From assembly GCA_017468205.1 (NCBI GenBank), contig JAFUJK010000050.1, positions 5,566-69,565 of the forward strand: a DNA stretch of 64,000 bases, in the 5' to 3' direction. The position numbers and the translations under genes are program-made. The DNA comes from Clostridia bacterium (GTDB lineage: Bacteria > Bacillota > Clostridia > Christensenellales > UBA1242). Each line of letters begins with the position of its first letter. Position 1 is the first letter of the stretch. Positions 56,325-64,000 of the stretch are shown here, one piece after another. Under the pieces are notes generated by a model. The model was not told the origin of the DNA and did no database searches. It saw nothing but the letters and a program-made list of their open reading frames with translations.

Positions 56325-58115
56325 TTATTTAATTTCACGTTTTTTGAAAACTGTGTAACTTAATATTGTCATTATTATCATACTTGCAAGAACTGTAACT
56401 CCGCTTATAATAAGATTTGAATTAAAGAACATTGGACTTGAGAACGCAATTGCAAGTGGGTTTGCTGTGGTCGCGCCAAATGCTCCACCAAAGAATTTAA
56501 ACAAATCGATGCCAGCAAAAGGTAAGTATGCGTACCAAGTAGACGATACAAAAAGTACGGAGAATAATGCGGTTATAAAGTATACGAAGATAGATACCGC
56601 AACGGCACCAACATTACTCCTAAATACAGTTGAAATCATTGTAGCAAGAAGTACGAAGAATAATATTTTTATAATCATTAATGCTAAATATATAAGCAAG
56701 AGTACAATAGGTGAGGCAATAAACACGCTTGAAGCATTGAACACGGCCATAATCGGCGTCATATCAAGTCCATAAATTGCAAATCCTGTTATGAACAACA
56801 CAAGCGCGCTAAATATCATAAATATTATACCAAAAATTAAAGTTGCCAATATTTTTGATGTAAGAATTTTGTTTCGAGAGAATGGGCGAGTAGCAAGAAC
56901 TTTTAAGGTACCATTAGATTGTTCTCCCGCAATCATACCAGCGGCAAGCACAACACAGAATATAAGAATTATAAAACTGCAAATTTCAAGTCCGAAATAC
57001 ACCAAATCAAATGCTCCGACATTTTCACCAGAAGAAGTGGTAGCAGTGAACACAGAAGCAAATTGATTTGTAGTCAAATTATTGCTAATCAAATAGTTGT
57101 TTTTAGTAATTTTTTCTTGAATTTCATACAAGTGGATATCAGAATATCCTATATATTGGTGTGCGGTTGAGTCTTTCATATTTTTTACTGGCTCGAAAAG
57201 AGCAGTATCGCTAACAAGCAAGCTAAATTGTTCAGCCGTGTAGTAATATTTTAAAATTTCTTCTTTTAATACACCAGTTGTTATTTTTTCATCAGCACTA
57301 TATTTGTTGATATTTTCAAGTGTTGTAGCCATAAATTCTGTGGCTTTTTTATATTGCTCATCAAGATTTTTTGAAGTTTCCTCTGACAATGCAATATCTT
57401 CAACTTCCTTGTAGGTAAGCGTTTTTAATTTATCGAAATAAGTAATACCATCAACATTACCAAATCCATTTGCTTTTTCCAAATCTTGATAAATTTTTAT
57501 GTGTGTAGTAAGCAAATTTAAGTCTGCGCCTTTTGCATCAAGATAAAACAAAGCATTGCTGGAAAGTGTAATGTAGTCTTCAAAACTTGTTTTTGTCATC
57601 AAAACTGTAAGAGATTCTTTGTTTGTAGCATTTGAAATTATTGTTTTTGCTTCGGTTACAACTTCAATCATTTCGGTACGAATATCTTTAAGATAGGCTG
57701 TTGCGAGAGTTTGACCTGATGCTTGCAAGTCTTGTATAGCAGCAATATAATTTGAAAGCAATTTTTGCGCGCCAGCCCTTGAAGTTGAACCATCTCCAAC
57801 AAGCAATTTTAATTGAGCCGATACTGATGTTTCTGCATTTGAATTTAAATTTTGATAATAGGTGAGTTGAGTGTGTGCAGAAGAAATCCTATTTTCAGCG
57901 ATTGTTTTATTCATTGTTTTTGCCGACACAAATTCTGCCATAACTTCGGTTTTTGTGCTTCCATCAACAGAATATTGATAACCACGATTTTCCATATTCA
58001 TTAAAGTTGCAGAGAAGAATAAAGCAAGTACAATAATGCCCGTAAAAACATATAAAATAGGGCGCATTAAGATTTTATTCAATTCTCCACGTAATAATCT
58101 ACTCATTTTTGACAT
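56325..58115 (-). CDS. ABC-2 type transporter permease with a large extracytoplasmic domain
   Basis: 596 aa. One N-terminal TM, a helical ectodomain of about 330 aa, then five C-terminal TM helices typical of the ABC-2 family. It lies directly downstream of its ATPase gene. Confidence 0.7.
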   Translation of the reverse strand: MSKMSRLLRGELNKILMRPILYVFTGIIVLALFFSATLMNMENRGYQYSVDGSTKTEVMAEFVSAKTMNKTIAENRISSAHTQLTYYQNLNSNAETSVSAQLKLLVGDGSTSRAGAQKLLSNYIAAIQDLQASGQTLATAYLKDIRTEMIEVVTEAKTIISNATNKESLTVLMTKTSFEDYITLSSNALFYLDAKGADLNLLTTHIKIYQDLEKANGFGNVDGITYFDKLKTLTYKEVEDIALSEETSKNLDEQYKKATEFMATTLENINKYSADEKITTGVLKEEILKYYYTAEQFSLLVSDTALFEPVKNMKDSTAHQYIGYSDIHLYEIQEKITKNNYLISNNLTTNQFASVFTATTSSGENVGAFDLVYFGLEICSFIILIFCVVLAAGMIAGEQSNGTLKVLATRPFSRNKILTSKILATLIFGIIFMIFSALVLFITGFAIYGLDMTPIMAVFNASSVFIASPIVLLLIYLALMIIKILFFVLLATMISTVFRSNVGAVAVSIFVYFITALFSVLFVSSTWYAYLPFAGIDLFKFFGGAFGATTANPLAIAFSSPMFFNSNLIISGVTVLASMIIMTILSYTVFKKREIK

Positions 58116-58126
58116 AGATTTTTCTC

Positions 58127-59059
58127 CTAAGAAATTTTGCCATAACGGCGTTCTTTTAATATATCAAGATAAATATCTTCAAGAGTTTTTGTTACAACGG
58201 TAGTGCCATAAATTGTTAAGTTTCGCTTTTTTAAATCTTGAATTATATCATCATAAATTTCGGGAATAAAGGGAATAATGATTGAATTGCCCGCAAGTTC
58301 GATGTCCAAGCCATATTTAAGTGCAACAATTTTGCCTGCATAGTTTGGATAATCTGTACGAATTCTAAATCGCTTTTGCGCTTGTCCATTGTTTTGAAAA
58401 TCAGCAAGGGTACGCATTTCAAGTATGCTTCCACGGTCAAAGATTGCAACAGTATCGCATAATTGTTCCAACTCTGAAAGAACGTGGCTACTTAAAAATA
58501 TGCCCATATTTTCTTTTGCTGCAAGAACTTTGAGTGTTTGTCGCAATTCAATCACACCATTTACATCAAGCCCATTTGTAGGTTCGTCTAAAATTAGCAG
58601 TTGAGGCTTATTTAAAAGTGCTTGAGCAAGTCCAATTCGTTGGCGCATACCATAAGAATAGTTTTTTACTTTATCGTCAATACGATTTTCCATTCCTACA
58701 ATTTTTATAACTCTTTGTATGTCGTCCTTGGTTATGCCTTTAATCAAACTTGCATAATATTGCAAATTTTGACGTCCTGTCATATAAGTATATAATTGGC
58801 AATTTTCCATAACTACACCAATGTTTGAAACTGCTTTTTCAAAATTTTTTTGAACAGATTGCCCACATACAAACACTTCACCCGAGGTAGGGGAGGTTAA
58901 GCCACTAATAATTCTAATCAAAGTTGATTTTCCAGCCCCATTTGGACCAATAAAGCCAAAAATTTCTCCTGCATAAACCTCAAAACTTAAATTTCTAAGA
59001 ACTTTTCTGTCGCCATAAGATTTATTTAGCCCAACAATGTTTAAAACTTTCTTATTCAA
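58127..59059 (-). CDS. ABC transporter ATP-binding protein
   Basis: TTG start 9 nt after GGGAGGG. Walker A GPNGAGKST, signature YSYGMRQRIGLAQA, and Walker B LILDEPTNGLD. Confidence 0.9.
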   Translation of the reverse strand: MNKKVLNIVGLNKSYGDRKVLRNLSFEVYAGEIFGFIGPNGAGKSTLIRIISGLTSPTSGEVFVCGQSVQKNFEKAVSNIGVVMENCQLYTYMTGRQNLQYYASLIKGITKDDIQRVIKIVGMENRIDDKVKNYSYGMRQRIGLAQALLNKPQLLILDEPTNGLDVNGVIELRQTLKVLAAKENMGIFLSSHVLSELEQLCDTVAIFDRGSILEMRTLADFQNNGQAQKRFRIRTDYPNYAGKIVALKYGLDIELAGNSIIIPFIPEIYDDIIQDLKKRNLTIYGTTVVTKTLEDIYLDILKERRYGKIS

Positions 59060-59142
59060 TTAACAAAACCCTCCCAGAATCAACAAATTTTTGTTATTAT
59101 CACATAAATTTTAGCATATTATAAAATAAAAGTAAAGTATTA

Positions 59143-59171
59143 TTGACTTTGTTAGTATTTTTTAATATAAT
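59143..59171 (+). promoter_or_regulatory. promoter positioned for a leaderless transcript of the TVP38-family gene
   Basis: TTGACT (59143-59148), 17 nt, TATAAT (59166-59171). The ATG at 59178 begins 7 nt after the -10 and has no Shine-Dalgarno sequence. Confidence 0.5.
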
Positions 59172-59177
59172 ATTAGT

Positions 59178-60275
59178 ATGAGTAAAAAAGATATAGAAAA
59201 TGTCAATTCGGACAAAAATATTGAATCCGAAAATAAAGAAATAAAAAAATTGCCAATGTTTACGCACACTACGGTTATGCTGATAGGGGCAATATTGTTG
59301 TTTTGTGCGTTAGACATCTGGTGTTATGCAGGATTGTTAGTTGAAAGTCCGCTTATTTTATGGGCTGCGGGAATCGTGAATGTAATTTTGATGGGACTTG
59401 GTATAGTTTTTCTTCTTTTACGCAAATATGGTTGGTTGAAAGCAACATTTATAGTTACACTTGTGGTTGCTGTTGTAACATGGGGATATTATCTTATTGC
59501 AGAATTTAACATATTAGAGTATTTTACTGATGCTAATAAAATGCAAGAAATGCTTGAAAGTGTGGGGTGGTGGAAGTATCTTTTATTCTTCCTTTTCCAA
59601 TTCTTGCAAGTAACATTTTTACCATTACCAGCAATGGCAACAACCATAGTTGGGACATTAATGTTCGGTCCATTCATTGCAACATTGCTTAGTTTTGCTG
59701 GCATTATGCTTGGGTCTATCGTGGCATTTATCATTGGTGATAAATGTGGTGAAAAGGTAGTAGCGTGGATTGTGGGTAAGGAGAAAATGGAGAAGTACTC
59801 CGCATTGCTTTTCGACAAAGGAAAGTATATGTTCTTCCTTATGATGCTGTTCCCAATTTTCCCTGATGATATTCTTTGTTTGGTTGCAGGTATGACTTCG
59901 ATGTCATATAAATTCTTCCTTACAACAATATTCTTGACTCGTCCTATCGGAATTGTAATGACGTGTTACCTCGGTTCTGGTGAAATTATTCCATTTACAG
60001 GTTGGGGACTCGCTGTTTGGGGCGTGCTGATTGCAATAATGGTAGCACTTTTCTGGTGTGCATATCGCTACAAAGATAAAATTGAAGAAATAATCAACAA
60101 ATTAGGCGAAAAACTCAAATGGACTTTTATGAGTAAGAAGGATAAATTATTTGCTATGATGGATATAAATCCAGATGTAAAATTGCTTCCAGAAAACACT
60201 CAAACAGATTCAAACGATAGCAAAAAAATTGAAATAAAATCAAAAACGAACAAAGTTAATAAGAAAAAAGAATAA
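59178..60275 (+). CDS. TVP38/TMEM64 (DedA-superfamily, SNARE-associated) membrane protein
   Basis: Core region FLQVTFLPLPAMATTIVGTLMFGPFIATLLSFAGIMLGSIVAFIIGDKCG typical of the YdjX/TVP38 family. It has extra N-terminal TMs and a Lys-rich C-terminal tail. Confidence 0.75.
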   Translation: MSKKDIENVNSDKNIESENKEIKKLPMFTHTTVMLIGAILLFCALDIWCYAGLLVESPLILWAAGIVNVILMGLGIVFLLLRKYGWLKATFIVTLVVAVVTWGYYLIAEFNILEYFTDANKMQEMLESVGWWKYLLFFLFQFLQVTFLPLPAMATTIVGTLMFGPFIATLLSFAGIMLGSIVAFIIGDKCGEKVVAWIVGKEKMEKYSALLFDKGKYMFFLMMLFPIFPDDILCLVAGMTSMSYKFFLTTIFLTRPIGIVMTCYLGSGEIIPFTGWGLAVWGVLIAIMVALFWCAYRYKDKIEEIINKLGEKLKWTFMSKKDKLFAMMDINPDVKLLPENTQTDSNDSKKIEIKSKTNKVNKKKE

Positions 60276-60306
60276 AAAAAACCACCTCATTGAGGTGATT
60301 TTTTTA
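60274..60306. terminator. bidirectional terminator (TVP38 gene / PadR-like gene)
   Basis: AAAAAAAACCACCTCA-T-TGAGGTGATTTTTTT. Confidence 0.85.
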
Positions 60307-61791
60307 AACTCTAAAACGTTTTGTTGCAAAAATAATGATTCCAACAACCCAAGAGAGAAGTAAATCAATTATTGCAAGTAAAGGAATATACCACAATGTG
60401 AAAAATTCAATTTCCAGTGGGGCAGCCATACCCAGACACAAGCAAATTGCAACAACAAAAGTAATTAATACTATAGCTAACATAAATCTATAGAGTAAAT
60501 CCATTGCCCAGTTTATATCTTTTATGCGTGTTTTCCTATGAATATCTTTAAGAGTAAGCATCAACATAATACCAAAATATACAAGTCCTAGCACTCCATA
60601 TAATATGTAAAGGAAAGCGTGAGGTTCATAAATCATTCCTGCATCTTTTAGAATAAAGTATGATACTATCAATTCAATCAGAAAAATAAATGTCATAATG
60701 CCTGCACGGCACAAATTTAATTTATTTTTGTCTAGAAAATTTTTAGAATTAAAGCTTGATACATCTGTTTTTGTGTAAGATTTTACTGTAATATTATCCT
60801 GTTTTATGTGGGTGTAACCTACGGAATTTGTGGCTATTTTATGTACAGGTTCAGTTCGATTTGAAGCATTTGCTGGGTCTTTTCCCAAGTGATAACGCTT
60901 GTTAATTTCGTCCATAAGAGCTTGATTTTGGACAGAATAGAGGTCAGAAACACTCTTTTTAGGGCTGTTTTCTTGTTTGACTTTCTTATCAGAACGCAAT
61001 ATTTCAGCAATTTGTTTTGAATATTCGGACTGTTTTTTAGGAGTTTGAGGCTCTTGAGCAACTTGATTTTGTGCTGTTTGAGTGAAGTCTTGCTTGATAC
61101 TAACGGGTTCCTCAACCAAATCGGCATCTAAATCGCCTAAAATATCTTTATAGTTAATATCATCTTTGCTGGTTTTGTGGTCTTCAATTGTTTCTGCTTG
61201 CGTTTCTTGTGATAGGGTATCAGCAAAAAATAAATTTGATTGGCTTTCAGGTGTCCGTTCTTCTTGTGGGGTAGGGGAGAGGGCTTTTTCTTCGTTTAAT
61301 TCGTCAGGCTCAATATACTCACGCATTTGTTGAGTAAAACTTTGTTTTGTTGATATGTTTTCATTTGGGTTAAACTGCTCATACTCAACTTTATTTATAA
61401 TTATTTCAGGTACTTGTTCTTCTTTTGACAATTCGTCAACCGGTTCAAGATTAATAATAGGGTCAGGAATTTCCTTCATAACAGGCTCTACAAATGACTC
61501 TTTGCTTACAGGAGATGGAGTAGAAATTGGTTCGGACGATTTAGCAACTTCTTTTTTTCCAAGATTTGTAAGCGAATAATAGTGGCGACGACCTCCAATT
61601 GCGCTATCTTGCCAAAATGAAGAAATTAAGCCTTTTTTCTCCATACGCGACAAAGCACTATAAAGGCTAGGTTGCTTTATAGAAGTTTCACCATTGGTCA
61701 TATCTTCAATTTTTTTAATAATTTCGAGACCATATTGGTCACCATCTGCTAGCGCTTGTAGGATAAGTTTGTTAATTTGACTGCCATTCAT
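60304..61791 (-). CDS. membrane-tethered PadR-family transcriptional regulator
   Basis: N-terminal PadR wHTH (ILQALADGDQYGLEIIKKIE...KQPSLYSALSRMEKKGLISSFW...RRHYYSLT). A long acidic, Pro/Gln/Glu-rich linker follows, then about 4 C-terminal TM helices. RBS GGAGG. Confidence 0.75.
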   Translation of the reverse strand: MNGSQINKLILQALADGDQYGLEIIKKIEDMTNGETSIKQPSLYSALSRMEKKGLISSFWQDSAIGGRRHYYSLTNLGKKEVAKSSEPISTPSPVSKESFVEPVMKEIPDPIINLEPVDELSKEEQVPEIIINKVEYEQFNPNENISTKQSFTQQMREYIEPDELNEEKALSPTPQEERTPESQSNLFFADTLSQETQAETIEDHKTSKDDINYKDILGDLDADLVEEPVSIKQDFTQTAQNQVAQEPQTPKKQSEYSKQIAEILRSDKKVKQENSPKKSVSDLYSVQNQALMDEINKRYHLGKDPANASNRTEPVHKIATNSVGYTHIKQDNITVKSYTKTDVSSFNSKNFLDKNKLNLCRAGIMTFIFLIELIVSYFILKDAGMIYEPHAFLYILYGVLGLVYFGIMLMLTLKDIHRKTRIKDINWAMDLLYRFMLAIVLITFVVAICLCLGMAAPLEIEFFTLWYIPLLAIIDLLLSWVVGIIIFATKRFRV

Positions 61792-61979
61792 AAATTAAGC
61801 CTCCATAAATCTAACAATATTTTATAAAATTTGTCGCAACTTGTCAATCATTTTTAAGCATATTATGCAATGTATTATGTAACAAAACTCCTTATTTTTT
61901 AGCAAAAATTATCAATTTTTTGTTTGTCATAACCATATTTTTGTGCTATCATTAAATAAAAAAGGCAGGAAATTGCATT

Positions 61980-62651
61980 TTGGTTAACATTGATGTATTA
62001 ATTCGGACAAAACGCAGGTCAGTATCCATTTCAATCTCACAAAAAGGTGAAGTTATAATTAAAGCACCACAAAGTTGTTCTATGACGCAAATTCAATCAA
62101 TTGTTGACAAGAAGGAAAGCTGGATTTCACTACATAAACAACGTATTTTGGATAATCAAAATTTAAACAAAAACATTTTTAATTACAATGATATTCTTTT
62201 TTGTGGGCAAGTTTATCATATTTTATATGACGAAAGTGCGCGTAAGATTGAACTAAAAGATGATTATTGTATAGTGCCAGCAAAATTTACTGGTCAAGTA
62301 AGTAAGCAATTATCTAAATGGTTTAAAAATATAGGCACCTCAATTTTGTGGGGTAGGGTACAATATTTTAGCAATTTAATGCAACTAAATCCCAGCAAAG
62401 TTCGTTTGAGTAATGCAAAAGGGTGCTGGGGCTCGTGCAATAGCGCAGGGGTCATTTCGCTAAATTGGCGTCTTATAATGATGCCACACGATTTAATAGA
62501 CTATGTTGTGGTACACGAATTATCGCATTTGCTACAAATGAATCACTCTAATTTATTTTGGAATGTTGTAAAAAGTGTGTTACCAGATTATAAAAATCGC
62601 CGTGTATTACTTAAGAAAGGCGACTATTTATTGACTTTATATAGATATTAA
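61980..62651 (+). CDS. YgjP-like metal-dependent hydrolase (DUF45 / M48-like, HExxH)
   Basis: 223 aa. RRSVSISI.., WGSCNS.G.I.LNWRLI, and the zinc motif VVHELSHLLQMNHSNLFW. TTG start. Confidence 0.8.
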   Translation: MVNIDVLIRTKRRSVSISISQKGEVIIKAPQSCSMTQIQSIVDKKESWISLHKQRILDNQNLNKNIFNYNDILFCGQVYHILYDESARKIELKDDYCIVPAKFTGQVSKQLSKWFKNIGTSILWGRVQYFSNLMQLNPSKVRLSNAKGCWGSCNSAGVISLNWRLIMMPHDLIDYVVVHELSHLLQMNHSNLFWNVVKSVLPDYKNRRVLLKKGDYLLTLYRY

Positions 62652-62686
62652 TTAGGGGATAGATTTTTAAAATCATTTTCAATAAC

Positions 62687-62714
62687 TATGCGTAAAAGAC
62701 AAGTTTTACGCATA
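62687..62714. repeat. perfect 11-bp-arm palindrome TATGCGTAAAA-N6-TTTTACGCATA
   Basis: Read directly. A third exact copy of TTTTACGCATA lies at 63081-63091, just upstream of the recombinase promoter. Confidence 0.9.
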
Positions 62715-62833
62715 ATTAATAACAAAAAACAAGCAAATTTAACTAAATTATAATTTGTCTTATTCAATTCAATTATAATAAATTAGTTTGTTTGAAATCA
62801 ACTCTCTATAAACTCATTTTAAAATTGTTTTAA

Positions 62834-62986
62834 ACAGAGTTAATTTAAAATGCGTTCAGACAGATTATTTTATTTTTAATGAACAGATGTCCATTTATTT
62901 AAATTGATTTATACAGAGTCATTTCAATTTATCTAAAATTTTTAATACTTTAATACTATGCGAAATTAAAATGCGTTGACACAGAG
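62834..62986 (+). repeat. array of short direct repeats (ACAGAG/ACAGAT x5; TTAAAATGCGTT x2)
   Basis: ACAGA(G/T) occurs at 62834, 62860, 62883, 62913 and 62981. The 12-mer TTAAAATGCGTT occurs at 62845-62856 and 62966-62977, each time followed by xA(G/C)ACAGA. All lie in a non-coding AT-rich spacer. Confidence 0.8.
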
Positions 62987-63105
62987 TGTTTTAAATTTGC
63001 ATATGTCAAAAATGACAATTTTAATCAAAATCAAAATCAATTTCAATCGTCAAAAATTGAGCAAGTCTCACATCAAAAAATTTTACGCATACTTTGCAGA
63101 AACAT

Positions 63106-63134
63106 TTTACAATCAAAATCAAATTTGCTATAAT
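63106..63134 (+). promoter_or_regulatory. promoter of the tyrosine recombinase gene
   Basis: TTTACA, 17 nt, TGcTATAAT (extended -10). The spacer contains AATCAAAATCAAA, which also occurs at 63023-63035. Confidence 0.55.
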
Positions 63135-63155
63135 CATTTGTAGAGGTATTTTACA

Positions 63156-64000
63156 ATGTCAGAAAAATATTATGTACAACGAAACGATAAAAATACAATG
63201 CGCTTGCGTGAACTTAAACAAGAACTACCCTATTTTTGTAGCGAGTTTTTCGTAGGAGTTGAGAACCAGACAACGCCTCTAACACGCTTAAACTATGCGT
63301 ATGATTTGCGCATATTTTTCCATTATCTGTGTACCCAGTTACCCCAATTTTCGGGTCGCAATCCAAAGCAAATTTCTGTGATGGACTTAAATATGATTGA
63401 GGCTCAACAGATTGAGAACTTTCTTGAATATCTAAATATGTATGAGTTCAATGGAAAGACTTATCACAATAATGAGAAAGCGAAATCTCGTAAACTCTCC
63501 ACATTACGCTCATTTTTTAGTTATTACTTTAAGAAAGAGCGTATTGATAGAAATGTTACAGAGAAAGTAGATTTACCTAAATTGCACGAGAAAAACATAG
63601 TTCGTCTTGAAGTAAATGAGATGGTAGATTTACTTGATATGGCTGAAACTGGTTATGCGCTCTCCCCTACCCAACAAGCTTTTCATAGGCATACTGACTC
63701 ACGTGATTATGCAATTTTAGCGCTTTTATTGGGAACTGGAATACGTGTGAGCGAGTGCGTTGGACTTGATGTTGAGGATATTGATTTTAACATAAATGGT
63801 TTTAAGGTCATTCGTAAAGGCGGAGCGCAGGTTGTGCTGTATTTCTCTGATGAAGTCGCCACGGCTTTGAGAAAATATTTAGAAGACCGTGCAGAGATTG
63901 CAGGACTTGACCCAAATGAGCATGCTTTGTTCTTGTCGCTACAAAAACGTCGTATTTCAACGCGTGCTGTGCAGAACCTTGTCAAAAAATATAGTAATCT
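63156..64000 (+). CDS. tyrosine site-specific recombinase, Xer family (XerS-like), 3'-truncated by the window end
   Basis: ATG at 63156 after GAGG. The frame is open to the window end (checked). An N-terminal SAM-like core-binding domain (LTRLNYAYDLRIFFHYL, KLSTLRSFFSYY) is followed by the catalytic-domain start RDYAILALLLGTGIRVSECVGL..RKGG. By eye it parallels streptococcal XerS ([22 protein letters not shown]..RKGG). It is absent from the ORF track because of the window edge. Confidence 0.8.
   Translation, partial: MSEKYYVQRNDKNTMRLRELKQELPYFCSEFFVGVENQTTPLTRLNYAYDLRIFFHYLCTQLPQFSGRNPKQISVMDLNMIEAQQIENFLEYLNMYEFNGKTYHNNEKAKSRKLSTLRSFFSYYFKKERIDRNVTEKVDLPKLHEKNIVRLEVNEMVDLLDMAETGYALSPTQQAFHRHTDSRDYAILALLLGTGIRVSECVGLDVEDIDFNINGFKVIRKGGAQVVLYFSDEVATALRKYLEDRAEIAGLDPNEHALFLSLQKRRISTRAVQNLVKKYSN

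Noticed and set aside
62740-62790. Direct match to streptococcal difSL around AAATTATAATTTGTCTTATTCAA
   Set aside because: Only the TATAATTT core and a TCTT segment line up by eye, which is too weak to call a dif site. It is retained only as part of the broader spacer finding.
1-64000. Scan for CRISPR arrays, IS elements or transposases, toxin-antitoxin pairs, restriction-modification systems or prophage genes
   Set aside because: I saw no regularly spaced 25-40 bp repeats, transposase-like ORFs or phage structural genes. YgjP/DUF45 can accompany type I R-M systems, but no hsd genes flank it here.

Overview
This 64-kb window is chromosomal DNA from a low-GC, endospore-forming Bacillota organism. 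Lineage clues are a type-A RNase P RNA (Clostridia-like rather than Bacilli-like), a long Alu-containing SRP RNA, pro-sigma-K, YlxY, YtxC and SpoIIIE/FtsK. Stop codons indicate genetic code 11. Most genes are on the + strand and belong to conserved housekeeping blocks. These are hrcA-grpE-dnaK-dnaJ behind a CIRCE operator, rsmE-mtaB-HIT, ileS, rarA, rubrerythrin and ytxC followed by a Thr T-box and thrS. Further blocks are comM-dprA-topA-trmFO-hslVU-hisS, trxA, nifS-nifU, ruvX-DUF1292, ylxY-M16 peptidase-ftsK-pgsA-(cinA-like)-recA-rny, and tRNA-Trp-rnhA. The ORF track misses four genes: SRP RNA (-), RNase P RNA (+), tRNA-Trp (+) and rpsU (58 aa, -). It also misses two edge-truncated CDSs and a 44-aa membrane peptide. 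I found no CRISPR array, IS element, transposase or prophage, and no clear multi-gene novel system. The observations most worth follow-up are: (1) a G12 tract at codons 13-17 of a membrane-anchored surface protein, with stops in both shifted frames, which looks like a phase-variation switch; (2) GC-rich patches inside that same otherwise AT-rich gene; (3) a 500-bp repeat-dense AT-rich spacer directly upstream of a XerS-like tyrosine recombinase at the window end; (4) a fusion of an HEPN-like Rx4H domain to a CBS pair, upstream of ileS; (5) a very AT-rich 548-aa orphan membrane protein after rnpB; (6) a terminator-like hairpin in the leader of an ABC exporter. Product calls rest on motifs I recognise by eye and on synteny. 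No database search was run.
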